Part shown: positions 28,511 through 38,686 of the stretch, piece by piece | Numbering within the stretch: position 1 is the stretch's first letter | Layout: the number at the start of each line of letters is the position of its first letter | Origin: Myxococcota bacterium | GTDB lineage: Bacteria; Myxococcota_A; Polyangia; Nannocystales; Nannocystaceae | DNA: 64,000 nucleotides | Assembly: GCA_039028615.1 (NCBI GenBank) | Contig: JBCCHT010000015.1 | Location: forward strand, 32,001-96,000 | Reading direction: 5' to 3' | Program-made: the position numbers and the translations under genes | Notes under the pieces: model-generated | The model's input: the letters and a program-made list of their open reading frames with translations, nothing else | The model's database searches: none | What the model was told of the DNA's origin: nothing

Positions 28511-31333
28511 ATGGCTGACGCTCCCGAGTCCACACCACGTCTCGACGCGCGGATGGTGCTCGACGATCCCGTCGATCTTCAGCGCACGCGAACAGCGGTA
28601 CTGGGGGCGATGTTCGGCGAGCCCGAAGAGCCGACGATGATCGGTCGCTTCGAGGTGGTCGCGACGGCGGGCCGCGGAGCGATGGGACGGGTGTACGTCG
28701 CGTTCGATCCTCAGCTCGATCGGACGGTGGCGCTCAAGCTGATCGTCGACGATGGGGACCCGCAGTCCGCCGAAGAACGCCGAACTCGACTGGTGGGGGA
28801 GGCCCAGGCCATGGCGCAGCTAGCCCACGCGAACGTGGTGTCGGTCCACGAAGTCGGGCGGCACGAGGGCGACGTGTTCATCGTCATGCAGTACGTGGCC
28901 GGACCGAGCCTGCGTCGATGGAACGAAGGGGCGGACCGGACGCTCGAGCAACGCGTAGACGCCCTTCGCGGTGCGGCGAGAGGCCTGGCGGCTGCGCACG
29001 AGGCCGGGATCGTCCATCGGGATTTCAAGCCGGACAACGTGCTCATCGATGACCACGGCCGGTCCTTCGTGACCGACTTTGGCTTGGCGCATTCGTTGGA
29101 GACGGTGGCGGACCGCGACTCGGACACGAACACCACGCTCGGCGGTACGCCGGCCTATATGGCGCCCGAGCAGATGACGGGGGCCTCGGCCAGCGCCGCC
29201 AGCGACCAGTTTGCGTTTGGTGTGGCCGCGTGGGAGGTGCTCACCGGTCGTCGGCCTGCGCGGGGATCCAAACACGAGCCCGTGCTGGACGATGATGGTG
29301 GCGCCGGCCTGCCCGCGTGGCTTCGGCGGGTGCTGGTTCGCTCGATGGCGACCGAGCCCGCGCAGCGATGGCCGAGCATGGAGGCCGTGGTGACGGCGCT
29401 CGAGCGTCGAGGAGGGCGAACGCGGACGCTGGTGATCGGTGTCGTCACCATCGCGGCGATTGGGACTGCCGCGGCAATGGTCTCCACGGGCCCCGAACCA
29501 TGCGCGGATGCCGATGCCTCGATCGCTGCTCACTGGAACGACGCTCGGCGGCAACAGCTGCGCGACGCCTTCGTCCAGACGAAGCTCGGCTATGCCTCGG
29601 GCGCAGCGGAGCACGTGAACGCCAAGCTCGACGCCTATCGCGAACGGTGGTCGGACGCAGCACGACACAGCTGTCACATTGGCCGTGAGGGGAGGTGGAG
29701 CGACACCATGGTCGATCGAGCCGGCTTGTGCCTCGAGAACGCCGCGTCGCAGCTTCGGGCCTCCGTCGATCGGTTGACCGAGGCCGATGGAAAACTCGTG
29801 CGACGGGCGACCGCATTGGTGGACGGCCTGCCGCCCGTCGACCGCTGCCTGGACCCCGAGGTGCTCATGGCCGAAGTCGCCGTGCCGGGCGACGACATCG
29901 CCGCGCAGGTGCGTGCAGAGAAAGACCGCATCGCCGACGCTCAGGCGGCGTTCTGGGCGGGGCACGAGCAGCAGGCGGCGCAGCTCACCGACGACGTGGT
30001 CGAGGCGGCGCGTGCCCTCGACTGGGAGCCGCTGCTCGCCGATGCAATGTTCTTGCGCGCGCATATCTACGACCAAGTGCGCGATGTCGATCGGGCTCGG
30101 GACCTCTACCTCGACGCGTACTTTCTCGCGGGGCGGCTGGGGTACGACCGAGTCGCGGCACAGACGGCCGCGGAGCTCGTGTCGATGTTCGAGCCGGAGC
30201 AGCTCGAGCGGGCCCACGAGTGGGCCCGGCACGCTCGGATGGCGATCGATCGGTCGCCGGGGCTCGAGCGCTATTCGACTCGGGTGTCCCAGTACAGCGC
30301 CTGGGCGGCGATGGAAGCCGACGAACTCGTGCAGGCGGCGGAGGTCGCCGAACGAGCCCATGGCGAGGCGGTCGAGTCGTTTGGTACCGACTCGGAGCAG
30401 GCGGGTCACGCGATTGCGATCGCGGGCATCGTGGCCATGCAGCGGGGCGACCACGACGAGGCGCTCGATCGCTTGCGGCAGGCGCTCTCGCTGGTGGAGA
30501 AGCACAAGCCGCCCGGTCACCCGACGGTGGCTCGTCTGCTCAACAACATGGGGATCGTGGCGCGCAAGGCCAAGGCGCTCGATGAAGCGGCGGCGTACTT
30601 CGACCGGTCGCTTCAGGCGAAGATCGATTTGTACGGGGAGCAGCACCCCTCGGTGGCGACCGCATACAACGGCTTGGGGCTGCTGGAGGCGGATCGGGGG
30701 CGGTTCGAGGAGGCGCGCGAGTATCTGGAGAGCAGCCTCGCAATTCGTGAGGTGCTGTTGCCCGCCGAGCACCCGGACATCTGGAACACCCGCGACAACC
30801 TCGCGTTCGTGGCGTTGTATGCAGGGAAATTCGAGCGAGCGGTCGAGCTTTCGCGTCGGACGCTCGAAGGACGTCAGGCGTTTGGCCACGCGCCGAAGCG
30901 CCTGACGATCACTCGGATGCTGCTGGGCAGAGGGTTGGTCGGAGCGAAGCATCCAGAACGAGCCATCGAGGTGATCGATGCGGCGCTGAAGACCCTCGCC
31001 ACGCACCCCGATCCTGGTCTCGAGCTGGATGCTCGCGTGTCTCGGGCCGCGGCATTGCTGGGGATGGGACGTGCAGCCGAGGCTCGCGGCGTGCTGGAGG
31101 CCGCGGCGGACATCGAAGGCTCCGATGACGCGGAGACCGAAGGGCTCCGTCGGCTGCTCTTGGCGCGTAGCCTTCGCGAACTCGGTGCACCCACCGACGA
31201 GGTGCTCGGACATGCCCATGCGGCGCTCGTGTGGCTCGACACCGGTCTCATGCAGCACTTCGCGGCCGAGGCACGAGCGCTGGTTCGAGAACTCCGGCCG
31301 GGGCCGGTCTCATCGAAGGAACGCGGCGGCTAG
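28511..31333 (+). CDS. Ser/Thr protein kinase with TM segment and TPR repeats
   Basis: GRGAMGRV, VALK, HRDFKPDN, DFG, GTPAYMAPE; HPxVA..LNN repeats. Confidence 0.92.
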   Translation: MADAPESTPRLDARMVLDDPVDLQRTRTAVLGAMFGEPEEPTMIGRFEVVATAGRGAMGRVYVAFDPQLDRTVALKLIVDDGDPQSAEERRTRLVGEAQAMAQLAHANVVSVHEVGRHEGDVFIVMQYVAGPSLRRWNEGADRTLEQRVDALRGAARGLAAAHEAGIVHRDFKPDNVLIDDHGRSFVTDFGLAHSLETVADRDSDTNTTLGGTPAYMAPEQMTGASASAASDQFAFGVAAWEVLTGRRPARGSKHEPVLDDDGGAGLPAWLRRVLVRSMATEPAQRWPSMEAVVTALERRGGRTRTLVIGVVTIAAIGTAAAMVSTGPEPCADADASIAAHWNDARRQQLRDAFVQTKLGYASGAAEHVNAKLDAYRERWSDAARHSCHIGREGRWSDTMVDRAGLCLENAASQLRASVDRLTEADGKLVRRATALVDGLPPVDRCLDPEVLMAEVAVPGDDIAAQVRAEKDRIADAQAAFWAGHEQQAAQLTDDVVEAARALDWEPLLADAMFLRAHIYDQVRDVDRARDLYLDAYFLAGRLGYDRVAAQTAAELVSMFEPEQLERAHEWARHARMAIDRSPGLERYSTRVSQYSAWAAMEADELVQAAEVAERAHGEAVESFGTDSEQAGHAIAIAGIVAMQRGDHDEALDRLRQALSLVEKHKPPGHPTVARLLNNMGIVARKAKALDEAAAYFDRSLQAKIDLYGEQHPSVATAYNGLGLLEADRGRFEEAREYLESSLAIREVLLPAEHPDIWNTRDNLAFVALYAGKFERAVELSRRTLEGRQAFGHAPKRLTITRMLLGRGLVGAKHPERAIEVIDAALKTLATHPDPGLELDARVSRAAALLGMGRAAEARGVLEAAADIEGSDDAETEGLRRLLLARSLRELGAPTDEVLGHAHAALVWLDTGLMQHFAAEARALVRELRPGPVSSKERGG

Positions 31334-31390
31334 GAGCCCCCCAGCCGCCGCTCCTGCGGGCTTCGAGCGTTCAGCGCTCGCTCGCGGGCA

Positions 31391-32026
31391 TCACAAGCCG
31401 TCGACACACTCCGCGAACGCGAGCTTCTCCGCCTTGCAGGTGAAGATTCCCGGGGCGTACGGATCGCCGTTGACGAACTCCGCCACCAGGTTGCACTCCC
31501 AACCGATGCTGACGACGCAGTCCACCATGGCCGCGTAGGCCGGGTTGCACACGTTGGTGACGTCACCGAAGTCCATGCATTCCGCGCTGCACTGCGGAAT
31601 CTCGATCGTGGCGCCGCACTCGACCTGCATCAAGCAGAACATCTCGCAGTCCTCGGGGCTCACGGGCATGGGATCGAGCCCGGTGTCCGAAGGCCCGGTG
31701 TCCGCGGGACCGTCGCTGCCTCCGGTCGAGGTCCCGCCATCGTCCACCCCTTCGGTCGAGCCGCCGTCTTCGCTGCCACCGTCGCTCTCTCCGGCGGACG
31801 ACGTCGTCCCTTCGCCGCCCTCGGACCCTTCGCCGCCCGCCGTGCCGGAGCCGACGGCCGAGTCGTTCGCGCCCCCGTCGTTGCCGTCGTCGGTCGCCGC
31901 GCCTTCGCTGGTCGCCGCTCCGCCGTCACTGGTCGTGTCTTCACCCGAGTCGTCGCCACATGCGACGGCGACGAAGGCCGAGAGGGCCAGCGTCGCGAGA
32001 ATGTTGCCGTAGTCGTTCATCTTCAT
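31391..32026 (-). CDS. Lipoprotein with Gly/Ser/Thr linker and Cys-rich C-terminus
   Basis: Lipobox VAVAC; overlaps the upstream gene by 4 bp. Confidence 0.7.
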   Translation of the reverse strand: MKMNDYGNILATLALSAFVAVACGDDSGEDTTSDGGAATSEGAATDDGNDGGANDSAVGSGTAGGEGSEGGEGTTSSAGESDGGSEDGGSTEGVDDGGTSTGGSDGPADTGPSDTGLDPMPVSPEDCEMFCLMQVECGATIEIPQCSAECMDFGDVTNVCNPAYAAMVDCVVSIGWECNLVAEFVNGDPYAPGIFTCKAEKLAFAECVDGL

Positions 32027-32973
32027 TGGTTCATGCCTTCGTTCAGTTCGCAGCCGCCGTCGGCTCGCAGTACGTGCCGCACGGTGGTCAAGGGCTCGCC
32101 GTCGGGAGCCACGAGGGGAGGTTCTAGGGAGGGCCGGTAGGCCACGGGCTCATTGCCGATGCACGCCGAGACGGTGAACTCGGGCGGCACGTAGTGCCGG
32201 ATCGCCATGCCGTTGATCTCCTGGAAGTAGGCCGTGGTGTTTTCGGGGCCGACCGGGTTGGGCTTGGGGAGGTACGCGTCGGCCACCGCGGCCAGCTCGA
32301 GCTCGGCGGGCATCACCACGCCCTCGTTCTCGACCGGATACATGATCTCGCCCACGGTGGCGGTGTGGGCCAGGCCCAGGCAGTGCCCGATCTCGTGAAT
32401 GAACACGGCTCGCTCTTGTTCGTGGCTCCGCGTGCCATCGAAGACCCGCGTGGAGATGACCGCCGTGGTGTGCACGATGGCGGCGTCGGAGGGCCGAAAC
32501 GTCACGTCGCAGGTACCGAGCACGCTGCCATCGAACCCCGTGCACGAGCTCGGATTGCCGACCCCGAGGGCTTCACAGTCGGAGTCGGCCACGGTGATCC
32601 AGTTTCGCGGCGATGCGGGGTAGCTGCGGAGGTCTCGCTCGGCGCTCACCTGGTCGGTGGCCAGCCCGATTTGCCACACCGCGAGAGCTTCCTGGGCCAT
32701 CGCGGTGAGGTCTGGGTCGCCATCGCACTCGATCGGCCCCCCGCTGTCGTCCTCGGCGGCGTCGTCGTTCGAAGTGGAGGTCGTCGTGCCTTCGTCGAGC
32801 CCGTCCGTCTCGCCCGAGGGCCCGCCACCGGTCGCCTCTGCGTCATCGGTGTTCGCCGTCGTGGGCGAGCCCGTGTCTCCGCTGGCACCTTGCCCGTCGC
32901 CTGCCTCGTCCGAGGGGCTGCAGGCCCACAGCCAGGGCACGAACAACGCGGCCTCAGCCCACGGGCGGAACAC
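32023..32973 (-). CDS. Matrixin-like (M10-type) zinc metalloprotease lipoprotein
   Basis: HEIGHCLGLAH and IMYP Met-turn; lipobox LWAC. Confidence 0.82.
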   Translation of the reverse strand: MFRPWAEAALFVPWLWACSPSDEAGDGQGASGDTGSPTTANTDDAEATGGGPSGETDGLDEGTTTSTSNDDAAEDDSGGPIECDGDPDLTAMAQEALAVWQIGLATDQVSAERDLRSYPASPRNWITVADSDCEALGVGNPSSCTGFDGSVLGTCDVTFRPSDAAIVHTTAVISTRVFDGTRSHEQERAVFIHEIGHCLGLAHTATVGEIMYPVENEGVVMPAELELAAVADAYLPKPNPVGPENTTAYFQEINGMAIRHYVPPEFTVSACIGNEPVAYRPSLEPPLVAPDGEPLTTVRHVLRADGGCELNEGMNQ

Positions 32974-34648
32974 AGAGCCCTCCGTTTTCTTCGATCTGTG
33001 CCTGGGTCCGGAAGGTGTTCAAGGTCTGCCAGTGCGGCTGCTCGAACTGAGGGATGCGCCCATCTTCGAGCACGTTGGTCACGTGGTACGTGTGCTGGTT
33101 CCAGATACGCCGCGCGGGGATCCAGCGGTCGTCTGCGTCGCCGAAGACCTGCAGGGTGGGGTAGTCCTGGCCGATGACCGGGTCCGACTCCGAGGTGAAG
33201 ATGATCTCCGCCGAGCCATCATTGTCCACGTCGGCGACGACGGGATACTCGATATAGGTCGGGCTGCGACGGGGCAGCTGCATCAGCTCCTGCCCCTGGT
33301 CGCCGAACACGAAGATCGAGTCTTCGTCGCCGTACATGGCCTCGGCCCGACCATCACCGAGGAAGTCGAAGGCGGTGCTCGAGGCGACCCCGCTCAGATC
33401 GGAGACCGGGGTCTGCCACATGATGTCGAGGTTGGCCTCGTACGCCCCGTAGGTGTCCGCAGTGCTGATGACGAACTCGGGCACGCCGTCGCCATCGAGG
33501 TCGTGCACGGCCGAGGCTCGGTTCCACGTGTTGGGGGAAAATCCCTTGGGGTCGGGGACCGGCTTTTGGTCGACGAAGATCGGCGTGCCGTCGGCCTCGT
33601 ACATCGACAGGCCGTCGTGCTGGCGAGAGATGAGGATCTCGGGCTCACCGTCGGCGTCGAAATCGGCGACGGAAGGAAAGCCGCTGCTGTCGCCCCCGAG
33701 GCTCACTCGCTGGATGCCCTCGTGGTCCCAGATGCGACGACCACCCACGATCTCCAGGTCGCCGTCGCCGTCGAGGTCCACGACAGTCACGGCCAGATCG
33801 ATGGACCAGTGCCAGTTGCCGAACGAGCCGTCGCCGGGGGCGATGTTGATGAGCTGCCCTTCATGGTCATAGATCATCGGTCCGAGGACGATCTCGACAT
33901 CTCCATCGTTGTCGAGGTCGGCCAGCGCAATCGCCTTGATGGCGACGGGAGGCAGGTCGTTGCCGAGCTCCGTGCCCTCGGGAAAGGTCTCGGCGAATTT
34001 GATGCTGCCGTCGTGCTCCCACGCGACGAGCTGCCAGGTGTCCATGTCCTCTCCGCCCGGGAGCACGCGAGACCCCACGATCTCCACGAACCCGTCGCCG
34101 TCGATGTCGCCCAGGGCCGGGGTGAACGCGGAGCCCACGTAGTCCTCGGAGCGCCAGTGCACCGCTCCGCTCGCGCCGTCGATCACGAACAGGTGCCCCC
34201 GCGAGCGGTTGACGTTGGTGCCCCGGCTCACCACGACGATGTCCGGGGTGTCGCACAGGTCGATGACCCCGTTGCCGTCGTCATCGGTCAGGTTGGCCAC
34301 GAGGGGCGTGACCACGCTGCCACCGTCCGCGGCGTCGGTGGGGGACCATGCCCACTCCAGCACCGGGTCAAAGCTGTCCGCTGGCGCCTCGTCCTCGCAG
34401 TCGATGACGCCATTGAGCCCGTCGTTGACCGAGCACTGATCCAGGTTGGGCGGGTTGTTCGAGATGTCTAATTTTTGCGTACCACTATGACCTGATTCGT
34501 CGATGCCATCCGAGTTGGCTCCGGTGTCGGTCGACTGCATCCCGGCACTGGTGGCTTCGGTAGCCTGCCCTACGTCGACGTCGAGGTTGCCGCACGAGCT
34601 CATCGAAAGCACGACGACGAAGCCCAACCATTGGGGTCGATAGTCCAT
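32954..34648 (-). CDS. FG-GAP/VCBS repeat lipoprotein
   Basis: Many DxDGDGxxEI repeats; C-terminal RRIWNQHTYHVTNV; lipobox MSSC. Confidence 0.88.
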   Translation of the reverse strand: MDYRPQWLGFVVVLSMSSCGNLDVDVGQATEATSAGMQSTDTGANSDGIDESGHSGTQKLDISNNPPNLDQCSVNDGLNGVIDCEDEAPADSFDPVLEWAWSPTDAADGGSVVTPLVANLTDDDGNGVIDLCDTPDIVVVSRGTNVNRSRGHLFVIDGASGAVHWRSEDYVGSAFTPALGDIDGDGFVEIVGSRVLPGGEDMDTWQLVAWEHDGSIKFAETFPEGTELGNDLPPVAIKAIALADLDNDGDVEIVLGPMIYDHEGQLINIAPGDGSFGNWHWSIDLAVTVVDLDGDGDLEIVGGRRIWDHEGIQRVSLGGDSSGFPSVADFDADGEPEILISRQHDGLSMYEADGTPIFVDQKPVPDPKGFSPNTWNRASAVHDLDGDGVPEFVISTADTYGAYEANLDIMWQTPVSDLSGVASSTAFDFLGDGRAEAMYGDEDSIFVFGDQGQELMQLPRRSPTYIEYPVVADVDNDGSAEIIFTSESDPVIGQDYPTLQVFGDADDRWIPARRIWNQHTYHVTNVLEDGRIPQFEQPHWQTLNTFRTQAQIEENGGLCVPPVG

Positions 34649-34788
34649 GCTCGGGCAGAGGCAGCCGAGGCGAGAAACCAGTCACACGAAATGTTCGATC
34701 GATCGCGATCGAGATTTCATTGATTAGTTTTTGCGTAGTCGTGCCACTACCTTCACGGGCCTTCCTAGTCGTCGGTCCGAGTTGCACG

Positions 34789-35412
34789 ATGAACTCGAGT
34801 GTCGCCATGGCAGCCGTCGCGCTCGAGGCGCGAGACCCGAGCGGGTTGGCCACGCTCACGCGTGACGCGATGCGTGGCGACCGTAGGAGTCTCGAGCGGT
34901 TGTTGCCCCGGCTGACGCGGCGAATGCTTCGAACGGCGCATGGCGTTCTGGGCCGGCGAGAAGACGCCGAGGATGTCACGCAGGAGGCGTTGGTGGTGGT
35001 GGCGAGAACCTTGGGAGAGCTTCGACAGCCCGATGCGGTGGCGGCCTATGCCGATCGAATCGTGCTGCGCTTGGCCTTGCGCCTACGCCAGCGGCGGGCG
35101 CAAACCGAAACCCGAACGGAGTCCATCGACGTCGACGGCAAGGCGGTCCAGCTGGCGGCGATCGAGCCGCGGGGTGACGAGGAGCTGGTCTTGCGACAGA
35201 AGATCGAACGAGCCCTGGCGCTGCTCGATCGACTGCCGTCGGCCCAGGCCGAGGTCATCTTGATGCGCTTCGTCGAGGGCTACACGGCGGCCGAGGTCGC
35301 AGCCGCGGAGGGCGTCTCCGTGCATACCGTCAATAGCCGCGTAAGGCTCGCAAAACAGCGATTAGAGCGCTTTTTGTCCGCGGCGAAGTTGCGTGGCGAG
35401 GAGACACCATGA
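34789..35412 (+). CDS. ECF sigma-70 factor
   Basis: DAEDVTQEAL; region 4 EVILMRFVEG...SVHTVNSRVRLA. Confidence 0.88.
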   Translation: MNSSVAMAAVALEARDPSGLATLTRDAMRGDRRSLERLLPRLTRRMLRTAHGVLGRREDAEDVTQEALVVVARTLGELRQPDAVAAYADRIVLRLALRLRQRRAQTETRTESIDVDGKAVQLAAIEPRGDEELVLRQKIERALALLDRLPSAQAEVILMRFVEGYTAAEVAAAEGVSVHTVNSRVRLAKQRLERFLSAAKLRGEETP

Positions 35413-36254
35413 CCGCCGAATACGACTCGCTCGATGCTCTGTTGGAGGATGCTCGGTCCGCGGCCCATGCCCTGGGAACGCGGGCGATGGTGCGCGAAGC
35501 CTTCGTCGATCGGGCGATGGAACGAGCCTTGGAGGCGGTGTCCGGGGGGCGTGTGGACGGCCCGGGGGGCGGCGGCCGAACGTCGTGGTGGGTCGGCACG
35601 ACCGTGGTCGGAGCCGTGCTCGCGGCGACATCGATCGCCTTCGTAGGCGAAGGCACTGCGGATTCTGCCCATCGAGCCGAGCCGAGCCGGGGAGTGGAAG
35701 TCGAGCGACGGAACGATGTCGAGATCGCCTTCGACGCTCCGAGTGGCTTCGTCCCCCCACACTCGACGAAAGTGATGACGGCTGCCCCCACCCGCGAAAC
35801 TGCCGACGTGGCCGAGCCGATTGATGTCGTCGCGCATCCCAAGCCAACCCCGTTGACGAGCAGGTCCGTAAAAAGTGCGGAGGTGCTGTTTCGCGATGGC
35901 AATCGCGCCCGGAGAACGGGAGCGTTCCGTAGTGCACGGTCGCTGTATCGACAGTTGGTGCAGAGGTTTCCGCGTTCGCGGCAAGCGTCCATGGCTCGCA
36001 TCACCTTGGGGCGTCTTGAACTCGAGCAGTTCGGGCGGCCACGCGCTGCGTTGGCTCAATACGACGCCTATCTCGCGTCTGCGGGTCCGCGACCATTGGC
36101 GGGAGAGGCGTTGGTCGGCCGCGCCCGTGCGTACCGACGCTTGGGTCAGACCCAACGCGAGATCGAAGCGTGGACCCGACTGATCGATTCGTTCCCCGAC
36201 TCGGCTCATGTGTCGCGGGCGAACCAGCGCCTCGAATCGCTGCAGCATCGATGA
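35409..36254 (+). CDS. Single-TM protein with C-terminal TPR; putative anti-sigma factor
   Basis: ATGA overlap with the sigma gene; one TM segment; TPR-like helices ending FPDSAH. Confidence 0.7.
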   Translation: MTAEYDSLDALLEDARSAAHALGTRAMVREAFVDRAMERALEAVSGGRVDGPGGGGRTSWWVGTTVVGAVLAATSIAFVGEGTADSAHRAEPSRGVEVERRNDVEIAFDAPSGFVPPHSTKVMTAAPTRETADVAEPIDVVAHPKPTPLTSRSVKSAEVLFRDGNRARRTGAFRSARSLYRQLVQRFPRSRQASMARITLGRLELEQFGRPRAALAQYDAYLASAGPRPLAGEALVGRARAYRRLGQTQREIEAWTRLIDSFPDSAHVSRANQRLESLQHR

Positions 36255-36270
36255 GTTATGATCGTGAGCA

Positions 36271-37437
36271 GTGGTTGGCGTGCTGTCAGCCGTGCTCGCG
36301 TTGGGAAGCGTCGCGGCCTCCATTGGTTTGTCGCCCATGTCCGATACCGAACAGGTGCGGGCACCGGATGCGCGCCGGCGCCTCCCCATCGTGATCGCAG
36401 CGTCCGGTCGTTCGCCAGAGTCGATGTCGGTGGTCTTGCGCGAATATTTGCATGGCCTCGGCGTCGAGGTCGAGCTACGGGCCGAGGACGGCTTTGCCCT
36501 CGAGTCGGTCGTGAACCCACCGCCCGACCCGGAGCACGCCGTGGCCCGGGTGTGGGTTCGGATCGAGCGAGCCCGGGCTTCCGTATTCATCGTCGATAGC
36601 GATTGGCAGCGCATCTTCATTCGTCACGTGCCGCTCGAGTCCGGCTTCGACGAAGTCGCGCAAGAGCAGCTCGCCACGATCGTGCATGCCAGCGTGGAGT
36701 CTCTACTGGCGGGTGGTGAGATCGGCGTGCACCGTCAGCGGGCCGCCGCGACGCTGGGGATACCGCTGGCCCGCGAACGGGAACCGGGCCCGGAACCCGA
36801 GGCGGTCGCTACACCGCCGGAGGAGCCTGCCGTCTTCGAGGAGCCCACCATCGCTGGGGCGAAACATCGTCCGCTCGGTGTGGATCTCGCGGTGGGGTAC
36901 GGAGTGACCTTGTGGTCCATGCGACTCGCTCCTTCTTCGGGTCCACGCCTCGATGCGCGCCTTCGAATTCGTTCTCCGTCGCGACCGAAGCTCGATGGCT
37001 TGGTGGGGTTGCGAGGCAGCTATGCGACACCGCTGAGGGCCAGCAACGAGGCGCTCGAGGTGCGGATGCAATCGGTCGACGCACGGGCGGCCGGAGGAAT
37101 GTGGTGGGCACCGCGGCCTCGCTTCGCCGCTCGGATGGAACTCGACGTTGGTATGACGAGCAACCATGCCGTGTCGCGGGCGGTCGGGCCCGATGCCGTC
37201 GCCGCCCGTGACGACTGGCATTTCCTGCCAGCGTCCGGCGTGGAGCTCGGGCTCGCGTGGCGTGTCGCTCCGTCGCTGTGGTTGGGGGCGGCGGCACGGG
37301 TGGACGGCACATGGGTCGGCATCCGATATCGGGTGAGCGACACGGGCGACGTGCTCTTCGCACCATGGCGGGTCCGGCCCGGCGTGGTGTTGGAGCTGCG
37401 CTGGAGCCCGCTGGGCACGAGGCGGGCAGAGCCCTAG
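36271..37437 (+). CDS. Exported protein with Pro-rich linker and amphipathic beta-strand C-terminus; putative outer-membrane partner
   Basis: Signal-like N-terminus; alternating beta-strands ending VVLELRW; same layout as 62819..63856. Confidence 0.6.
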   Translation: MVGVLSAVLALGSVAASIGLSPMSDTEQVRAPDARRRLPIVIAASGRSPESMSVVLREYLHGLGVEVELRAEDGFALESVVNPPPDPEHAVARVWVRIERARASVFIVDSDWQRIFIRHVPLESGFDEVAQEQLATIVHASVESLLAGGEIGVHRQRAAATLGIPLAREREPGPEPEAVATPPEEPAVFEEPTIAGAKHRPLGVDLAVGYGVTLWSMRLAPSSGPRLDARLRIRSPSRPKLDGLVGLRGSYATPLRASNEALEVRMQSVDARAAGGMWWAPRPRFAARMELDVGMTSNHAVSRAVGPDAVAARDDWHFLPASGVELGLAWRVAPSLWLGAAARVDGTWVGIRYRVSDTGDVLFAPWRVRPGVVLELRWSPLGTRRAEP

Positions 37438-37509
37438 TGCGCTCGTGCGGCGGGCTAACCCCACTGACGTGTCGATGTACGAAGCAGGGCGCCCCAGTCG
37501 GTTCGCCGC

Positions 37510-38553
37510 CTATGGCATAGGAGGCAGGCCCGTCGCATCCAACCACGGCGCGGCCATGTTCAGGCACCCAAAGTCGAGGGGGAGCTGGCCCAGCATCGTC
37601 AGCGAACCGTCGTCCTCGATGCGCCTCAGCTCGTTGTCCGAGGCGCACGCGTACACCCGGCCCGTGGAGCCGTGGTACTCGAACGCGACCTGAGCAAAGT
37701 CGAACGCGAGCGCCTGGACGAGCGACGGAGCGCCCGTCGTCGTGTCGATCTCGTAGAGCGAGTCGGAGGCGATGTCGAGGGCGAGGAGCTGAGACGTATC
37801 CTCGTTCAAGGTCAATCCCACTGCGTTCCAGTCTTCGCCGATCGGACCGACGACCGTGCCGACACCGGTGTCTGCGTCGATGCGCAAGACCGAATCCGTA
37901 TCGGCATCGATACCGAACAGATCGTTGCCTTCGTCGGGAGCAATCGCGTAGACGTCGGCGAAACCGAAGTCTCCGACCAGCGTCGCTTCGCACGATGGCA
38001 GCGCCAGCTCCCATAGCTCGTCGCCCGTGGAAAAGAACAGACGATCGTCGCGAGAGAAGGTGGAGGAGAAGATGAAGGTGTCGATCGCGCCCCCGGTCGC
38101 AGCGTTCGTGACCGTGCAAAAGTCGAGAGCGGCCGCGGTTTCGATGTCGAACTGGACGACGTGGGTGTTGCCCATGCTGTTGTCGAGGGCCACCATCCAC
38201 GGCGGGGCCATCGGCTCGGGTTCTCCCGAGCTGGAGTCCGAGCTGGAGTCCGAGCTGGTGTCGTCGGTCATGTCCCCAGACGTGGTTCCCGACCCGGTGT
38301 CGCCATCGGAGCCGCTGCTTTCGTCTACGGTCGATGCCGTGGTGTCCAGATCCACCTCGCCGCTGGAGCTCGCCGCATCGGTGGTTCCGGGGGTCGGGAT
38401 GGGGTCATCCGTCGAGCTGGATCCGGGGGACCCACTGGTACTGCTGCCATCGTCGTTCTGAGGCGTGGAAGGATCGGTGCAGGCCAGTAGCGTGGAGGAG
38501 ACCGCGACGAGAAAGCACAATGCTCCGTGGCGGGTGAGGTGTGAAGTCTGCAT
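37510..38553 (-). CDS. Lipoprotein with beta-propeller-like repeats
   Basis: Lipobox LLAC; Ser/Thr linker; LFGIDADTDSVLRIDADTG / LLALDIASDSLYEIDTTTG repeats. Confidence 0.7.
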   Translation of the reverse strand: MQTSHLTRHGALCFLVAVSSTLLACTDPSTPQNDDGSSTSGSPGSSSTDDPIPTPGTTDAASSSGEVDLDTTASTVDESSGSDGDTGSGTTSGDMTDDTSSDSSSDSSSGEPEPMAPPWMVALDNSMGNTHVVQFDIETAAALDFCTVTNAATGGAIDTFIFSSTFSRDDRLFFSTGDELWELALPSCEATLVGDFGFADVYAIAPDEGNDLFGIDADTDSVLRIDADTGVGTVVGPIGEDWNAVGLTLNEDTSQLLALDIASDSLYEIDTTTGAPSLVQALAFDFAQVAFEYHGSTGRVYACASDNELRRIEDDGSLTMLGQLPLDFGCLNMAAPWLDATGLPPMP

Positions 38554-38686
38554 GGCTCCCGGGTGGTCAGGGAAGCGGCGCGGGCGATCACCGAAAGTCG
38601 ATGTCGCGGTATTTCGCGCTCGTTGGGCCTCCGCGGTGGCCCGCAATGACCTCGAACGGCACCAGACCACCTGCTAAGGAATCACC

